Assembly (NCBI GenBank): GCA_964247055.1
Contig: OZ176051.1
Span: forward strand, 3,534,001-3,598,000
Source: Paragordius varius
Taxonomy: Eukaryota; Animalia; Nematomorpha
Length of the DNA: 64,000 bases
Reading direction: 5' to 3'
The number at the start of each line of letters is the position of its first letter. Within the stretch, counting starts at the first letter, position 1. A program made the position numbers and the translations under genes. Of the stretch, positions 1 to 13,873 are shown piece after piece. Under the pieces are notes generated by a model. The model ran no database searches, had not been told where the DNA came from, and worked only from the letters and a program-made list of their open reading frames with translations.

Positions 1-123
1 GATATTTCGTTATATCTAGAAACAACAATTTAGAAAATGCTTAAATATTATTTATATGCATACAATTTTTCCAAAATATATTCAAATTTAAAAAAATCCA
101 TCCTGTATCTCTCAAAAATGTAG

Positions 124-938
124 AGGAAGTTAGACGATTATGTGAAGAATTAATTGGAAAGATTAAAGAGTTGGAACTTGAACGATATGATTGGGATTCA
201 TCTGTTAGAAAGAACGAAGAAACGGTACATATAGTTTCCTTTATTTTTTTAACAAAAATTTCTGAATTATTTTTTTGACATGTGCCTTGATAAAAATCTA
301 ATTCAGTATTAAAACAAAGGCCTTCTTTTTTAAGAATCGCTTAGTAATATTTTATTTAACCCATTTATATATATATTAGATAAACACCCTTACTAATGAA
401 GTCAATAATTTACGAGGACGATAGTAAGTTTTGATTTAATAGTTACATTTTTTTGGATTTTATTTATGTCTAACATTATTTTTTTGTACGACAGCGTCAA
501 ACCCACACTCAAGAAAATTTCCAAATATGATGCTAAGTAATAAAATGTTTCTCTTTTATATGTAAAAATATTTTAATATTATTACTAGCAAAATTAAAAA
601 TAACTTTATAAGTCAGTCATATAATTTAATATAATGTTTTGTTAGATTTGAAAAAATGCAAAAAAGCACAAAGGTTGAGGCACCCGATTGGCGCGGCGGT
701 CTCAAAAAAATTGAAACTGGAAGATTTACTATGAGCGATGAAGTCGAGGTCTAAATTTTTATATCACAAATCTATATATTTATAATTTTGTTTTAGTATA
801 TATCAATGAACAAATCATAATATGATAAAATAATTGAATATATTATCTTATTATGAAATTAAATTAAAACATTATAATTTTTAGACAAAAGCTAAACCAG
901 AATGGGCAGCTGGCACCACAGCACAAGCAGCCGAATAA
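124..938 (+). CDS. TnI: Troponin I, 3' exons 6-10 of the upstream duplicate copy (5' exons lie before the window)
   Basis: Exons 124-224, 380-423, 495-536, 646-748 and 885-938 have GT-AG boundaries and consistent phases. They translate EVRRLCEELIGKIKELELERYDWD...[30 protein letters not shown]...KAKPEWAAGTTAQAAE*, matching invertebrate TnI motifs (VNDLRGKFVKPxLKKVSKY, KPDW). Confidence 0.93.
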
Positions 939-2062
939 TAATTTTCCATTTCAACATTTATTTCTATGCAAAATAATATGTATAAAGCATATTTGAGTTT
1001 CATTTCCAATGCTTTCTTTCAAATATTAAAATTTATAAGATTTTATGTTTACATCCCTCCAAATCAATCAACGGATATAGTCATTAATTTTGAATTTATT
1101 TATACGTTTTTATCTGTGGAGGAATATCCAATCTCATTCAAAAGGTCATTATGTGCAATAATGTTTTTAAGGGTATTTATTTAAATTGAATACCTTTTAA
1201 AAACAATCAATATTTCTTTTTATTGTTTTTATCTATCTATCTATCTTTCTCTATGTATAATGGATATATATTTTTGTATATGCTTTGAAACTTAAATTTA
1301 AATTAACTATTTTTAAAAAAATTATAACATCGTGTAACATTGTGTTGTATCTATAAACCAGCCTTTTAATAAATTCCATACAATTGTGATAGCGTAGCTA
1401 GGGGAAGGAAACGAGGCGGATGTACTGTGCACCATAGTTTAAGGGGCGCCGAATTTTAAATTTTTAACTTACTTCAAAAAATAGGTGTTTAAAAGTTATT
1501 ATTTTAAATAATGCATACAACATCACCAGATTATGAGTGGTCCACGGTTTGACATTGATTAATTTTTTTAAAATGCGCAAGGGTTTGCATGGAGGGGGAG
1601 GGGGCGCCAGAAACTCAAGCTATGCCTCTCGCGGGTAATGTTAAAATAAAGATGTTTCATACATCAATTAGCAAGTAAGCCCTACATCTTACAACATTAC
1701 ATACAATTTTAGTATGCCATTTAAATTAGAGCTGCTAAATTATCTTACTTCTATACTCAAATAGTATGCATCAATCTAAAAGAAAATTTAAACGTTTTCA
1801 CGCCATTGTTTAAAAATTTTTATACATAGAATTTTATTTTTACAGCTAACGTATTACTAGAGAAGTCGAGTGCAGAAGCATACTTTGGTGATGGAAAGGG
1901 TATATACATACCTTATCCAGAAATTAAGGGGCACCTATTTTTTAAAATTTTTTCAAGATTATGCTTGATTTAACACCAGCAACAAATAGGGGGCGCTGTA
2001 AACACTCGTTAAGCCAATTGTCCCATATCATGAATAATCAAATTCTTAAGTCATTTCTTACA

Positions 2063-2607
2063 GTTTATATTTATAAAAATGGAAAGTGGCTTTGTGATCT
2101 GTTTCCGGAAAACCGGTAGACCCATTCAAAAAATGTCAAAAATATAATCATTAATAAATTTCCCGACAATAGTTTCGCCCTTTTTTTGAATTAGGCCCCC
2201 AGTTCGGGCCCACCCCGTGTAAAAAACGGGTTTTTTTGAAAACAGTTTTCCGGAAACGTGTTGGATCATTCGATTTCTTATATGATTTTTATTTACTTTT
2301 GTTTGATTGCGCCGAACATAGCGGGCTCGCTTTTTTAATTTAGGCCCTCTTTTTACCCGTCCCCCGTTAAATGCCATTTCAAAAAAAACCAAGTCCACAA
2401 AAATAATTTTTTGAATCTATTTTTAGCCCAAAGTATGAGACCGTAAAAATTCAATAAGGATTCCATGTATTTCCTGTTAAAAGGCAATAATTTGGGTAGA
2501 GATTTTTTTTTATGTCTGCTGGGTAAGGGGATACCCACTAAAAACTGTCCCCTCATAACGAAATAGCGTGCCTTTAAGGCTAAGTTTTAAACCTATCAGG
2601 CCATATG
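2063..2607 (+). mobile_element. Non-autonomous Helitron, 5' fragment (duplicated at 22928-23472)
   Basis: Matches the 5' end of copies at 15836, 9681(-) and 30146(-): tatatttataaaaatggaaag..ggctttgtgatctgtttccggaaaaccggtagacccattcaaa. The terminal TC is mutated and there is no 3' end. Confidence 0.75.
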
Positions 2608-2831
2608 AGAACAATGGGTGCTTATATGGTAATAAATATGATACCCAAATAAACTGTCAAGTGTCCCAGGCTTAGAAATAATGAATGTCTGCTTAAAATA
2701 TACCGTTTAAATCGAAAAAAAGGTCATAGATTTTTTGAATAGAATTTCTTGTGGCCATTTTAAGACAATAACAAGTTCTGGACGGAAGGCGAATTGGATA
2801 GATATGATTATAATATTAAAATTGTTACAAA

Positions 2832-3298
2832 TAGGGTCGTGCATTTGACTGCTTTTTCAAAAATGTCCCGTCAGACCCAGTCAAACCATGGTCATGACCA
2901 CTTTTTTCTTAAGTAAATATCATGCGATATTGGAGATTGTGAAAATAATGCTCGAACGTCACTTGCGTTTCAATAATGTCATGTTTTTTCTTAAAACTTT
3001 GTATTATACATTTTTTGTTATTTATTATTTACAAATATATTCAACTAAATTTAATCAAAAATTTTGTTTTCAAATGTATTCTGCCACATGTTTTTGGCCT
3101 TCTAAATCTTCAAATACATAGCTTTTAATACTTGATATTTCAAAAAAATACCTGTTTTACATTTTCTTTCATCAATAAATTAATATCCAATTATAAAATG
3201 TTTTTTCATTTTATTGGACTTATATGTAATAATTGCATATTTTGCACAAGGCTTGATTGTTTTGTTATTCGAAATATCTGGATATGCTTAAATGTTAA
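2832..3298 (+). mobile_element. hAT-type MITE, left part, without Helitron insertion (duplicated at 23697-24163)
   Basis: Starts tagggtcgtgcatttgactgc and is colinear with 27429 onward. It provides the empty site (tatatgtaataattgcatatt) for the Helitron at 27821-30146. No right TIR seen. Confidence 0.75.
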
Positions 3299-4481
3299 TA
3301 AACCATTTGCAATTCAAGTTGGTATTTGAACATTTCAAGTTGGTCCTTGAACAATTCAAGTTGTATTCATTCATTGTTTACCACATGGCCAAGTGAGTAT
3401 AATTGGATGATCTCGGTTTCAAGCAGTCTGATATCCCTGAATGTGGCGCATATTGTGTTAATTTTAAATTTATATACATATCTGAATTGAGTTGTTTAGT
3501 CACAATTATACGTCTGGAAATGTTCCAGAGAAAAATGTAAGCCTATATAGTTTTCTGTTTTTATTAAATAATACGATTACCAATGCTTGTATATCTAGTT
3601 TCATATATATATATATATATATATATTAGATATACTTATTGTTAAATTTTATTAATACCCTATGTTACAATATCTCTCAAAGATACCACAAATTTCCATA
3701 TTTAGAATGTCGTTTTGAAATCATATTTTAAATAATAATTTTTAAGTGGAGTTTGCCTATCATAACATTAAATTACTTAGTTTTAGAAAGAAAAAGCAGT
3801 CCTAAATGTTTGAAAATCGGCTATAAAACTGAGGAAATTGCCTGGACTAATGTCGGTAGACGTTTGTTTTATAGCTCTGTAATAGCAGTATATCTCGCGT
3901 TATAATGCCAAATATTAAACCATTTATATTTCCTTTGCATGCCTTTCGTTAGTCAATTATCCAGCGGCTACACATGGAGGTGCCGAATTTAAATATACAC
4001 AATTATCTATTACATTAATATTTTTTGTAGGAAAAAAGTTTGTTATTTTTAAAATGATTATTAAATAAATAGTATTTATTTATTTGTTTTAGCATTTTTA
4101 TGATTTTAGTTTTTTCGAAGGCGTAGCAGGCGGTTTGAAACACTTATGATCGTATTCCTATTCTATATTATTGCTAAATATTTGAAGTAAAGTTAAAATT
4201 TTAGTGTATGACTATTTATTGGTGGATATAATTCTAATGTTGATTTATCAAATTATTCACTGGTGATATGATTTTGAGTGATTACATTTCAAACCGGTGA
4301 CAATCATTAGTGCATTCATAATCGATCAAACCCAACACAAATTAGTTGTTATAATTTATACTTGGACAAAAGTGTCAAAATTATATCATTCACAAATATT
4401 ATTTTTTAGCAAAATAATTCACTTAACCTGGAGTAAAGTCTCACGTTTAATTAATTGATGCAAGATGCGTAAAAAAATCAT

Positions 4482-6700
4482 TACACATAGACCTCTCCAT
4501 GTGGTAAATATAAGAATCAAATTGATTACATATCCTCAAAAATGGAAAAGCTCTATAATCGATACCAAAACAAGCAAAAGCAGCGATTGCTCTAGCGATC
4601 ATGAGCTTCTAATAACCAAAATCAAACTTAAAATAATTAAAAATAAGGATAAACAGATATACAGATATGACACTCGGAACATTCCAAATAGTTTTAGAAC
4701 AGAAACCAAAGATAGATTAGGAAGATTGGACAATGGATGTAGCTCAGAACAATTATGGGGAACGATAAAAAATGTTGTTAATGAAGTGGCAAAAGAAAAA
4801 GTGCAGAGAGTAAAGAGGAAAGATAACAAATGGATATCAGAAAAGAGTATAGAGATAGCAGAAAAGAGGAGAAAAGCTAAATCAAGAGGTGATAATAAAA
4901 TGGTAAAATTATATAACAAAGAATTTCAACGACAAACAAGGAAGGATTACGAAGATTTTCTTAATAAACAATGTCTGGAAGTGGAATTAAATAACAAAAA
5001 AGGATTAATGCAACCAATGTTCCAGAAACTGAAGCAAATGACTCATAAACCTTTTATATCATCACAAAAGATTAAAAAAGAGAATGGCACCATATTGTGC
5101 AAACAAACAGAAGTACGAGAAAGATGGAAGGAATACACCCAAAAACTCTATCAGGCTCCTCAAACAAAGGTGTTACAATTAAAAGAAGAAGAACGTGATC
5201 CAGATATATTAAGAGAGGAGGTTGAATTAGCCTTAAAACAAATTCCTAACAACAAAGCGATGGGATTAGACAATATCCCAATAGAGTTCATAAAAGCTAT
5301 TCCCGTTGAAAAGTTACACCAGTTATGTCAAAAGGTGTGGGAAACATGTGAGTGGCCAAACGATTGGGCATCATCTGTATATCTCCCAATATATAAAAAA
5401 GGAGATGTACTCCAATGCGAGAATTATCGGAACATATCTCTTATTAGCCACGCTAGTAAGGTCTTACTAAAAGTAATACAAAACAGAATGCACAGTATCA
5501 TACAGACAGAAATACCAGAAAATCAAGCCGGATTTATGAAGGGAAAAAGCACAAGAGACCATATCTCAAACATGAGAAGGATAATGGAAACATCAAAAGA
5601 GTTCCAGAAAGAATTATACATGTGTTTTATTGATTACAGACAAGCATTCGATTCAATTAACTATGACTCCTTGTGGGAAACATTAAATTTAATAGGGGTA
5701 TCGTCTCACTTAATAAGATTGATTAGCTCTCTGTATGTAAAACAAAGAGCGATTATTAGAACACCAGCGGGGGACACAGACGAAATACCAATCTTGAAAG
5801 GAGTCACACAAGGGTGTTGCTTATCCCCTTATCTGTTCAAGTGCACAGAAATGATAATGAGGAAGTTGGATGGTAAAAATATTGGAGTAAGAATAGGAGG
5901 GAGAACAATCAATAATTTAAGGTTTGCAGACGATACCACTCTTATAGCTGAAAGTGCAAATGATTTGAAGGAATTGATTGAAGAGATTCGAAAGGAAAGT
6001 TTGAGGTATGGTCTTAGGCTTAATACTAACAAAACCAAAATATTATGTACAGGAAAAAAGCCTACAATTATAATAGAAGGAGTAGAAATAGAAATAGTTA
6101 AACAGTTAACGTTTTTGGGCGCAATAATTTCAGAGGATGGGTCTTCAACTCCTGACATCAGAAAGAGAATAGGATGGGGTAGAGAAGCGATGACCAAATT
6201 AATAAATATTTGGAAAAACAAAAGCGTAGGAGTTGAAACCAAAAAAAGATTACTCTACTGTTTCGTTCTCCCGGTCACCACATATGGATGTGAGAGTTGG
6301 ACTCTCAGAAAAAAGGACAAAGAAAGGCTCATGGCTTTTGAAAGGAGTTGCTGGCGTAGGATGCTAGGATACACCTGGAAGGATAAAATTAAGAATGAAA
6401 ATCTAACTACAGAAATAAAACCTAAAACAAACATCATGGAGATAATTCTAAAAAGAAAGTTAACATATTTTGGTCATGTCATGCGATCGAATTCTCTGGA
6501 GAAAGATACAATGTTTGGGAAGGTAGAAGGGCAAAGGAAACGAGGCCGACCACCGATGAGGTGGTTGGATATGATAAAAGAAGAGACCAAAATGACACTG
6601 AAAGAGCTCAATATAGCGGTTAAAGATAGAAAAAAATGGAAAGAAATAGTTAAAACTATATCCAAAAAGTCGTTTACGACTTAGGAAAAACCAACCAACC
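4482..6700 (+). mobile_element. RTE-clade (BovB-like) non-LTR retrotransposon, 5'-truncated within the endonuclease, degenerate
   Basis: Endonuclease C-terminal remnant YT*TSPCGKYKNQIDYI, then a frameshift to SDHELL. RT motifs YRNISLISHASKVLLK, FIDYRQAFD, GVTQGCCLSP, LRFADDT; C-terminus YGCESWT and GRPPMRWLD. The 3' end gtcgtttacgacttag is followed by an (aacc)n tail. The ORF-track ATG at 4465 is in flanking DNA. Confidence 0.93.
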
Positions 6701-6847
6701 TAAATACTTCAGTCCAAAAATTATCACTAAATATATCATAACCTACTTATAAAAGGAAACAATATTTTTAAAAAAAATTAATATATGGGCTCCGAAAGTC
6801 CCAAATTATTTTCTCTTCTAAATGAGTTAGTTCTTTAACATTAAATT

Positions 6848-7256
6848 ATAACACGTCCATTTCAGGCTTTCGATTCGAATGGGGGTAGTTAGATACCTCA
6901 GGTTTTATTAAACACTACAAAAAATTTAAAATGAATTGAAATGGCAAATTGCACTTACCTAACATTAATGAACCGAAGTATAAAAAAAATCATTTATTAA
7001 GACTTGATATTACCTATCTTAAGGTAACGCCTAAAGGTAAAAATTTGATCAACATGACATGTGTGCATTAGCTAAATTTGAAAATAATAAATAAACCTCT
7101 TTTTCTGTACCCATCAATGTTTGTAATGTAAAAAATAGCTTTAAAATTATATAAACACTATTTGCAAAAACATTGATAAAAATGGTGTTGAAGTAGTTTG
7201 ATCTTTTTATTAAAACTTAATTTTAATTAGATAATTCGGCTAATTTATATAATTTA
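6848..7256 (+). mobile_element. Partial copy of the TTAA/CACT MITE family, abutting a Helitron
   Basis: Contains ctttcgattcgaatgggggtagttagatacc and downstream blocks shared with 13079 and 13874; ends at the Helitron 3' terminus. Confidence 0.6.
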
Positions 7257-9681
7257 CCAGTGTAAATCTCGTGCTGCTACCAGCCCGAGGAAGTCATTCG
7301 GACTTCCGGGGGGGGGGGGCTATTTGAAAAAAGGGACAATAAAATGATTCACACGTAGATTATTCGAAACATTAATCAAAAGTGTCAAAACGTTCATACT
7401 CATATATTGTTTACTGGTGTAAAGGCCCCAAATTGACGGCTACGGAAAAAACCGCTATACTATAATTTTTACTTTTTTGAAAGTAATATTTAATTTTATT
7501 TAACTCGTATGGCTTCTTAAGTTATTTTAAAATTGGCTCCAAAGCCACGACATTTTTGTATGGCGTCTCAGTTTTAAACCGGTAGACCCCTACCCATAGA
7601 CCTATATGGAAAAAGCACTAAGTTTAATTTTTTGCCTTTATATGGAAAATTGGAATCATCTTTGAAACCATCGTTTCATAAGTTATTCGAAAAAATACCT
7701 CAACACTAAATAATCGTTATTTGATGGCGTATATTTAGGGCATAAAGGCCCCCAAATTAACGGGTAATAAATAAAGGCCTAACCTTAATTTTTACCTAAT
7801 TACGGGTAATATTTCGAACTTTAAATGAGCTCATACGGCATAAGTTTTAAATTAATTTTAAAAGAACGCATCTATATAGTGGCACAGATTTTGGCGGGTA
7901 GCTTCTTACCCAGAGGCATGTATAAAAAAGCGTCGGGCATAATTTTTGTCTTTATATGGGGAATATCTGGAATCATAATGTCCATGTGCTCCTTTAAGTT
8001 CTTGGAAACATGGCTCCAAGAAAAAATTGTTCTATGGCGGCGATTTTTCAGGCGTAAAACTTTTCTTAGCGACTCATTGGAATAAACCCCTATACTAAAA
8101 TATTTTAAGAGGTAAAAATGATTTTAGGTCTATATTGAACTTACATAGTCTCATATGTTTTATGAAATTTGGCTCCAAAGACATGCTGTATCGATATAAA
8201 GACGCATTTTTGCACTATAGTCCCCTCAGAGCCTATTTAACCGCTAGTTTAAAAAATCCGCTCGAATTTAATTTTTGCCTTTTTACGGGTAAATTTCAGG
8301 CCCTTATAAAACTTATTTGGCCTGATTTCTGAAAATTAACTTCTAAAACACGCAATTTTGATATGGTGGCGCAATTTTAGGCTGATAGCTCCCTACGCAG
8401 AGGCCAATATAAAAAAGACGTTCGATAATATCTTTTGCCTTTATGCTCTTAATAGTTTATGGAAGAATGGCTTCAAAACCAAATAATAGTTCAATAATAG
8501 CGCATTTTTTGGGGCGTAAAGGGCTTAATTAACGGCTAATTTTAAAAACTGCTCGACTTATATTATTGTCTTTTTTCGGGTAATATTTTAGACACGGATT
8601 GAACTCATATGGCATGATAGGTTTTTTAAAATTTAGCCCCATAGGCACATCGATAAAACGGATCAGTTTTTAGCGGGTAGCTCCTTACCCGGCACAATAT
8701 AAAAAAAAACGCACGACTAAAGTTTTTGCCTTTTAACAGGGAATACCTTGAATCCTTATTGAATTTTTACGGTATCATACCTTGGGCGAAAAATAGATTC
8801 AAAAAATTATTTTTGTGGACTTATTTTTAGAAAAAGTGACATTTTACGGAAGAGTGGGTTAAAAAGGGCCTAAATTAAAAAAGCGAGCCGACTATGTTGG
8901 GGGCAATCGAAAAAAAGTAAAAGAAACCGAATGGTCCAACACGTTTTGGAAAATTGTCTCAACACGATTTTTGTGGACTTGTTTTCAAAAAAACCCGTTT
9001 CTTTACACGGAGTGGGCTCTAACTGGGGGCCTAATTCAAAAAACGGGCGGAGCTAGTGTCGGGCCATTCATTAATGATTATATTTTTGTTATTTGGATTT
9101 GAATGGGTTTACCGGTTTTCCGGAAACATATCACAAAGCCACACGACGAATCAGTTTTTAGCGGGTAGCTCCTTACCTAGCAACTATTATCAAAGAAACA
9201 CTTGACTAAAATTTTTGCCTTTTAACAGGGAATACGTGAAATCCATATTGAATTTTTACGGTCTCATACCTAAGGCGAAAAATAGATTTAAAAAAATTAT
9301 TTTTGTGGACTTTGTTTTTTGAAAAAATGGCATTTTACGGGGGGAGCGGGTAAAAAGAGGGCCTAAATTAAAAAGCGAAACGAATATGTTCGGCGCTATC
9401 GAAAATAAGTAAACAAAAATTATATTTGAAATTGAATGGTCCAACACGTTCCTCAGAAAATTGTCTCAAAGACACGATTTTTGTGGACTTCCGTTTTCAA
9501 AAAAACGCGTTATTCACACGGGGTGGGCCCGAACTGGGGGCCTATTTCAAAAAAGGGCGAAGCTATTGTCGGGGCATTCATTAAAGATTATATTTTTTCG
9601 AAGTTTGGATTTGAATGGGTCTACCGGTTTTCCGGTACCAGATCACAAAGCCAGCATTTTCCATTTTTATAAATATATAGA
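7257..9681 (-). mobile_element. Non-autonomous Helitron with both termini
   Basis: On the minus strand it reads A|TCtatatattt...CTGG|T, fitting the TC...CTRR rule at an AT target. Subterminal hairpins near 7273-7307; two ~505 bp 5' units (markers at 8931 and 9436) plus internal subrepeats. No RepHel ORF. Confidence 0.85.
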
Positions 9682-10599
9682 TAAAACAATAAATATTAAT
9701 TACATGTATCAAAAAAATTTATTTAATGTATCATTTATGAAACATATTAATCATTTAGTCAATTGTAATCACCAGTGATATGGTTGGAATGCAGAAGCCA
9801 AAAATAATTCCCCGCAATTTAACTATGGTCTCATTAAGGGCCTCAATAGCATTTTCCGACGAAGATTATTTTCAGGTTCTTTTTCGGGAACGAAATCTAT
9901 TATATATTTCAACATAAATAAAGGGTGGGGATTATTAAAGTATTTACTATCGAATATTTATAACGAATGTAAAAAATCGATTTTATAAAAAATTTTTTTT
10001 AAATTAGTATGCTGGTAAATCAGACGTTTGGCGCTTAATTGAGGTAAGTAGGGGTCGATTGTACAGAAAAAGTTATTTTTTATTAAGTAAATACCAACGT
10101 AACAAATGAGTAAAAAATACAAACATCCAAAATAATGGGATGATTTGTGAGATTTTAAAAGAGTGTTTATATTATAATTCTTAAATCGGAATCAAAGGAA
10201 CCGTACTTAAACAATTAAACATTTACGTCGTAAAGCATAAGACTCGGTATTATCTTTTTTAAATTAAAACCGGTCCGCTTCTTAAAAATTACTTATAGAA
10301 TTGCTTTTACATAGATGAAATAGTTTATATTTTGTAGTCATATATATATTTTTTATATTTTCACATATATAAATTCAACTAACAACGCACATTGGTGAAA
10401 ATTAAATTTTTTTGCGAAAATTTACATTTCAAATCACATAATTGATATTGATTTAGAAGACCTTTGGTTGCCACAATCGTAAATACTAAAACATTTACAT
10501 TATTAAATTTTTCATAGTTACAATGGATAATTACTTGACATCTTGCGTTATATGATTGAAAAAAAACGGATTTGTTTGGCAAATTATTTTATCAACTAT

Positions 10600-11147
10600 C
10601 AGATTTTATGGATACTGCTTAGCAGGTTTTAAATAATATTTAAGAATGCAGTTTTTCTGAGAAGTGCTTTTTCAATAGCTTGATTTTCGATTGGCGAATA
10701 TCTAAATTGCATATTTGATAGTTCATGTGAAGCATAGTAAAATGTCTTTACATTTGCTTTTTTAGACGAAGCCACGGTGGAGTTGCATATCAAACAAATA
10801 CATTTATCATTATTAGTTATAAAAAAAATCTTCTTCCATTCATTTCTAATAACGTGATATTTTATTAATTTACCTTATATTTTTAATCATACAAAAATAT
10901 AAGGTTAGAGGATACCAGCTTCTGTTTTGTTGTTAAATTTAACATCACAAATAATTTAAAGTTCGAATAAAATACATGTGATTAAATAAATATATTAATG
11001 ATAAGTTAACTTATTAAATATAAATTTTTGTTAATGAGTAAATTTTTTCAAACACAAAATAAAACAATATGAATTTTGTGGAATAAAATTTTTAAAAACT
11101 ATTTTTTTTCTTTTTTTAAACCGCGGTCGACTGTTTGGCCACCCCTG
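10600..11147 (-). mobile_element. hAT (Buster/Charlie-like) 5' fragment
   Basis: Minus-strand terminus CAGGGGTGGCCAAAC at 11147. Frameshifted zinc-finger remnant KCICLICNSTVASSKKANVK/RHFTMLH at ~10720-10815. Right end not found. Confidence 0.65.
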
Positions 11148-12306
11148 CTGTATACTTTTATTTGGTAATAAATTAAAAAATTTGTGCAAGTCAAAAAATA
11201 TTTGTGAAAGAATTAAAAAAAAACAATAGCTGTAAGATTTTCGTCGCCTTTCACCCACACTTATTTATTTTTTTATAATAAATATCATAGTTTTCGTTAT
11301 TGTTTTTTCCATTTTTAACAAATATTTTTTACAACTTGCACAACTTTTTTTATGTTAGTACCAAATAAATGTATACACCACTGTAATCATTCCTTATTTG
11401 AGCCTGCATACTGATATTGACATTTAAAATTAAAAATTGGCATTGAATAATAATATATCTTGAGAATTCTAATTTCCAAAAAGCTCTTTAATTATAAAGT
11501 AATGAATTGAATGATTAGTTAATTGATAATTTATAGATTATAAGACCCATGGCGATAGATTAATCAATGATGTCATTAAACAGTTATAGTGATATCATCC
11601 GTTTTGAGTTGTTGTGTTATGTCATTAAATAATAGTGGAATCATCCATATTGGAAGTTATTTCTTCCATTGCATTGCTATTTCAATTATTAACTATTTGA
11701 CGACTATATTTCCAATAATTATTGTAACTTGAATTAAAATTGACCCTCGGAAAAATGTATCAATTTTTGATTGAAACAGAGATTTAGTATTCCAGCTTTC
11801 ATATGCGAAAATAATACAATTTGTTACGGCATCGTTCATGGTTTTATTAATTTTAGACAGAAAAAAATAATTCCCAATGGTTTTAAAAAATATTTGGATT
11901 AAATGATGTTTTATTTTTCATGTTTATGATTGAGTCCAGGGAAAATCATAAAAAATTAATTCACAAAATACCAGTTTTGGATTACTTTTATAGGCTAAAA
12001 TTTTTTAATTAAAAAAAATACATTGTGAAAAAATCAAAATGCGCCTGAGCTGGTCTCCTCTATATAGCAAGCTTGTAATAAAACAGTATTTTTAAGTAAT
12101 TTCAACTTAATTTATATATTCAATTTATACATAAAAAAATTTAAACGATAAATAATTATAGTTTACTGGTTAATAAATGCAAAAATAATAAAATCAAATT
12201 TATATATACTTAAAATACTACATACATTTAGTATTAATCATTTAATTGACCCAGAGTTGTTTAAAATTAACCAACAATCAATAGTTGTTTTACTATAAAT
12301 ATATTT

Positions 12307-12891
12307 TTATACGATTTTTGTTAATATACCCTCGTCGTTTTCGCTAACGATGTTAAGATCTATATTTTCTTTTGATGACTTGGGCGGTGGCTTTTGATTA
12401 TCCATTATCGGTCTGGGAGCAGATTCTAGATCGGGATATACTAATGTTTTGGTCAAAATACGCGTTGCAAGGGTCTTATTATCCATCATACAAAACAAAC
12501 AATCTAATAAATAAAAAAAATAATTACCATTTATGTGATTTTTCGGGATTCGCCAAACCATCGGTATAGTAAAGGGAAAGCGCACGTTCTTATTCTTTTT
12601 CCACCTGTACAATGTAATATTACATAATGTGCATATATTAGGCGGAGCCCATGTCTTTTTATAGTCAGCTAATTTGTCTTTGAAGTAGGATTCGTACATA
12701 GAAATGATGGAGGAGTTGATTGCAAACATACTGGATTTTTTGTGAATTTTTCCACATATATAGCAGAATCGTTCTCTACTTATTTTACAAAGCCTGGTCC
12801 GACCTTTAAAAATTAAAACTAACATACTTTTATTTTGTAGGATATAGGCGGGAACCTCATAACCCTCCATGTGGTCAGTTTTAAAATGCAC
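12307..12891 (-). mobile_element. DNA transposase N-terminal fragment, CMC/Chapaev3-like
   Basis: FCYICG...WAPPNICTLC...W...PMVWRIPKNH...CLFC...YPDLESAPRP resembles the N-terminus I recall for Chapaev3-type transposases. No catalytic DDE region visible. Possible CACTG termini at 13605(-) and 11379(+). Confidence 0.55.
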
Positions 12892-13078
12892 ACAAAAAAT
12901 ATCATGATGTATTTCTCAGAAAAATGTATTAGGATTCTTATGTGCTTTTTTCAAGCATTATGAGTGATATATGAATATAAAACCACTTTTCTGGTAAACT
13001 AGTCCCTTTCGTACCATGGCAAAATTTGTGAACGTTATATCAAATATATATCTTTGACAAAAACCACTTGTGCATTAA

Positions 13079-13595
13079 CACTTACATACAAGACATTCAT
13101 TTCAGCCCTTCGATTCAAATTGGGGTAGTTAGATACCCGAGGCTTTAAATATTTAATATGGATGAATCGAAACCAGGGCAAAAGTTTGCAATTATATAAC
13201 ATTAAAATACCTAAATAAAAAGAAATTATTCAAGAATACTTAATATTACTTATTTATATAAAATTTAAATTTAAAGATTTAGTCAACGAGACATGTTTGT
13301 ATTGCGAAATATAAAATTAATAGAAAATATCCCACTTTTTTTGTTTCTAGCAATATAAGATGTGATTTTAAAAAATTACCTTAAATTTAGCCTTAGAATT
13401 AAATATACGCGATATTTTGCAAAAATCTTATAAAATAAAAATGGCGTCGGAGTAGTTTAATCGAACTTTTTCAAAAGCAAATCATTTTTATACTAGAAGC
13501 ATAAATTTAAATTGGAACCGTTTCTTTCAATGTTTTTTTAAAAATATTAACTTTAATATAGTTTGGGGTATTTTGATCCAATTTGAATCGAAGTG
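13079..13595 (+). mobile_element. piggyBac-like MITE (TTAA target, CACT termini)
   Basis: ttaa|cacttac...gaatcgaagtg|ttac; internal motif cttcgattcaaattgggg is inverted at the right end. Confidence 0.7.
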
Positions 13596-13873
13596 TTACA
13601 CAGTGCACACCGAATATCCTGATGGAGAGATAAGTGCATCAATATTTTTATTGTGCTTTTATTCAACCTTAGATACTTATAGCACAAATAATTTAATTAC
13701 CTTTACTAACCATAATATACATTTACTGTCTGTTGCATATAAGATTTAAAAAAAATTGTGGAAAAAATGATCGTAGTAGGTTTAAGATAAGGATTTTTTA
13801 CAATTATACCTTTAATTTTTTTAAAAAATGCGCCTAAAAGGCTAAAGAAAGCACATTTTTAAACTCAGATTAA

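Larger units (their letters stand above)
1..4482 (+). repeat. Copy 1 of a direct segmental duplication (matches 20866-25347)
   Basis: Constant 20,865 offset; the six ORF-track entries in 966-3329 recur with identical translations; the (AT)12 tract has the same length. Identity stops after ...aaaaaaatcatt at 4482/25347. Confidence 0.97.

Noticed and set aside
966-1184. 72 aa ORF (and twin at 21831)
   Set aside because: Lies in the AT-rich TnI 3' UTR; no recognisable motif.
1388-1630. Possible small hAT MITE (gcgtagct...agctatgc)
   Set aside because: Termini too degenerate and no TSD.
5829-6665. Hydrophobic minus-strand ORFs
   Set aside because: Antisense shadows of the RTE reading frame.
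9256-9778. Recurrent similar ORFs (HTGWARTG motif) at several loci
   Set aside because: Translations of the non-coding Helitron unit; frames are not preserved between copies.
11700-11900. Minus-strand stretch GNYFFLSKINKTMNDAVTNC, faintly like a C-type lectin start
   Set aside because: No supporting Cys/Trp motifs or consistent exon structure downstream.
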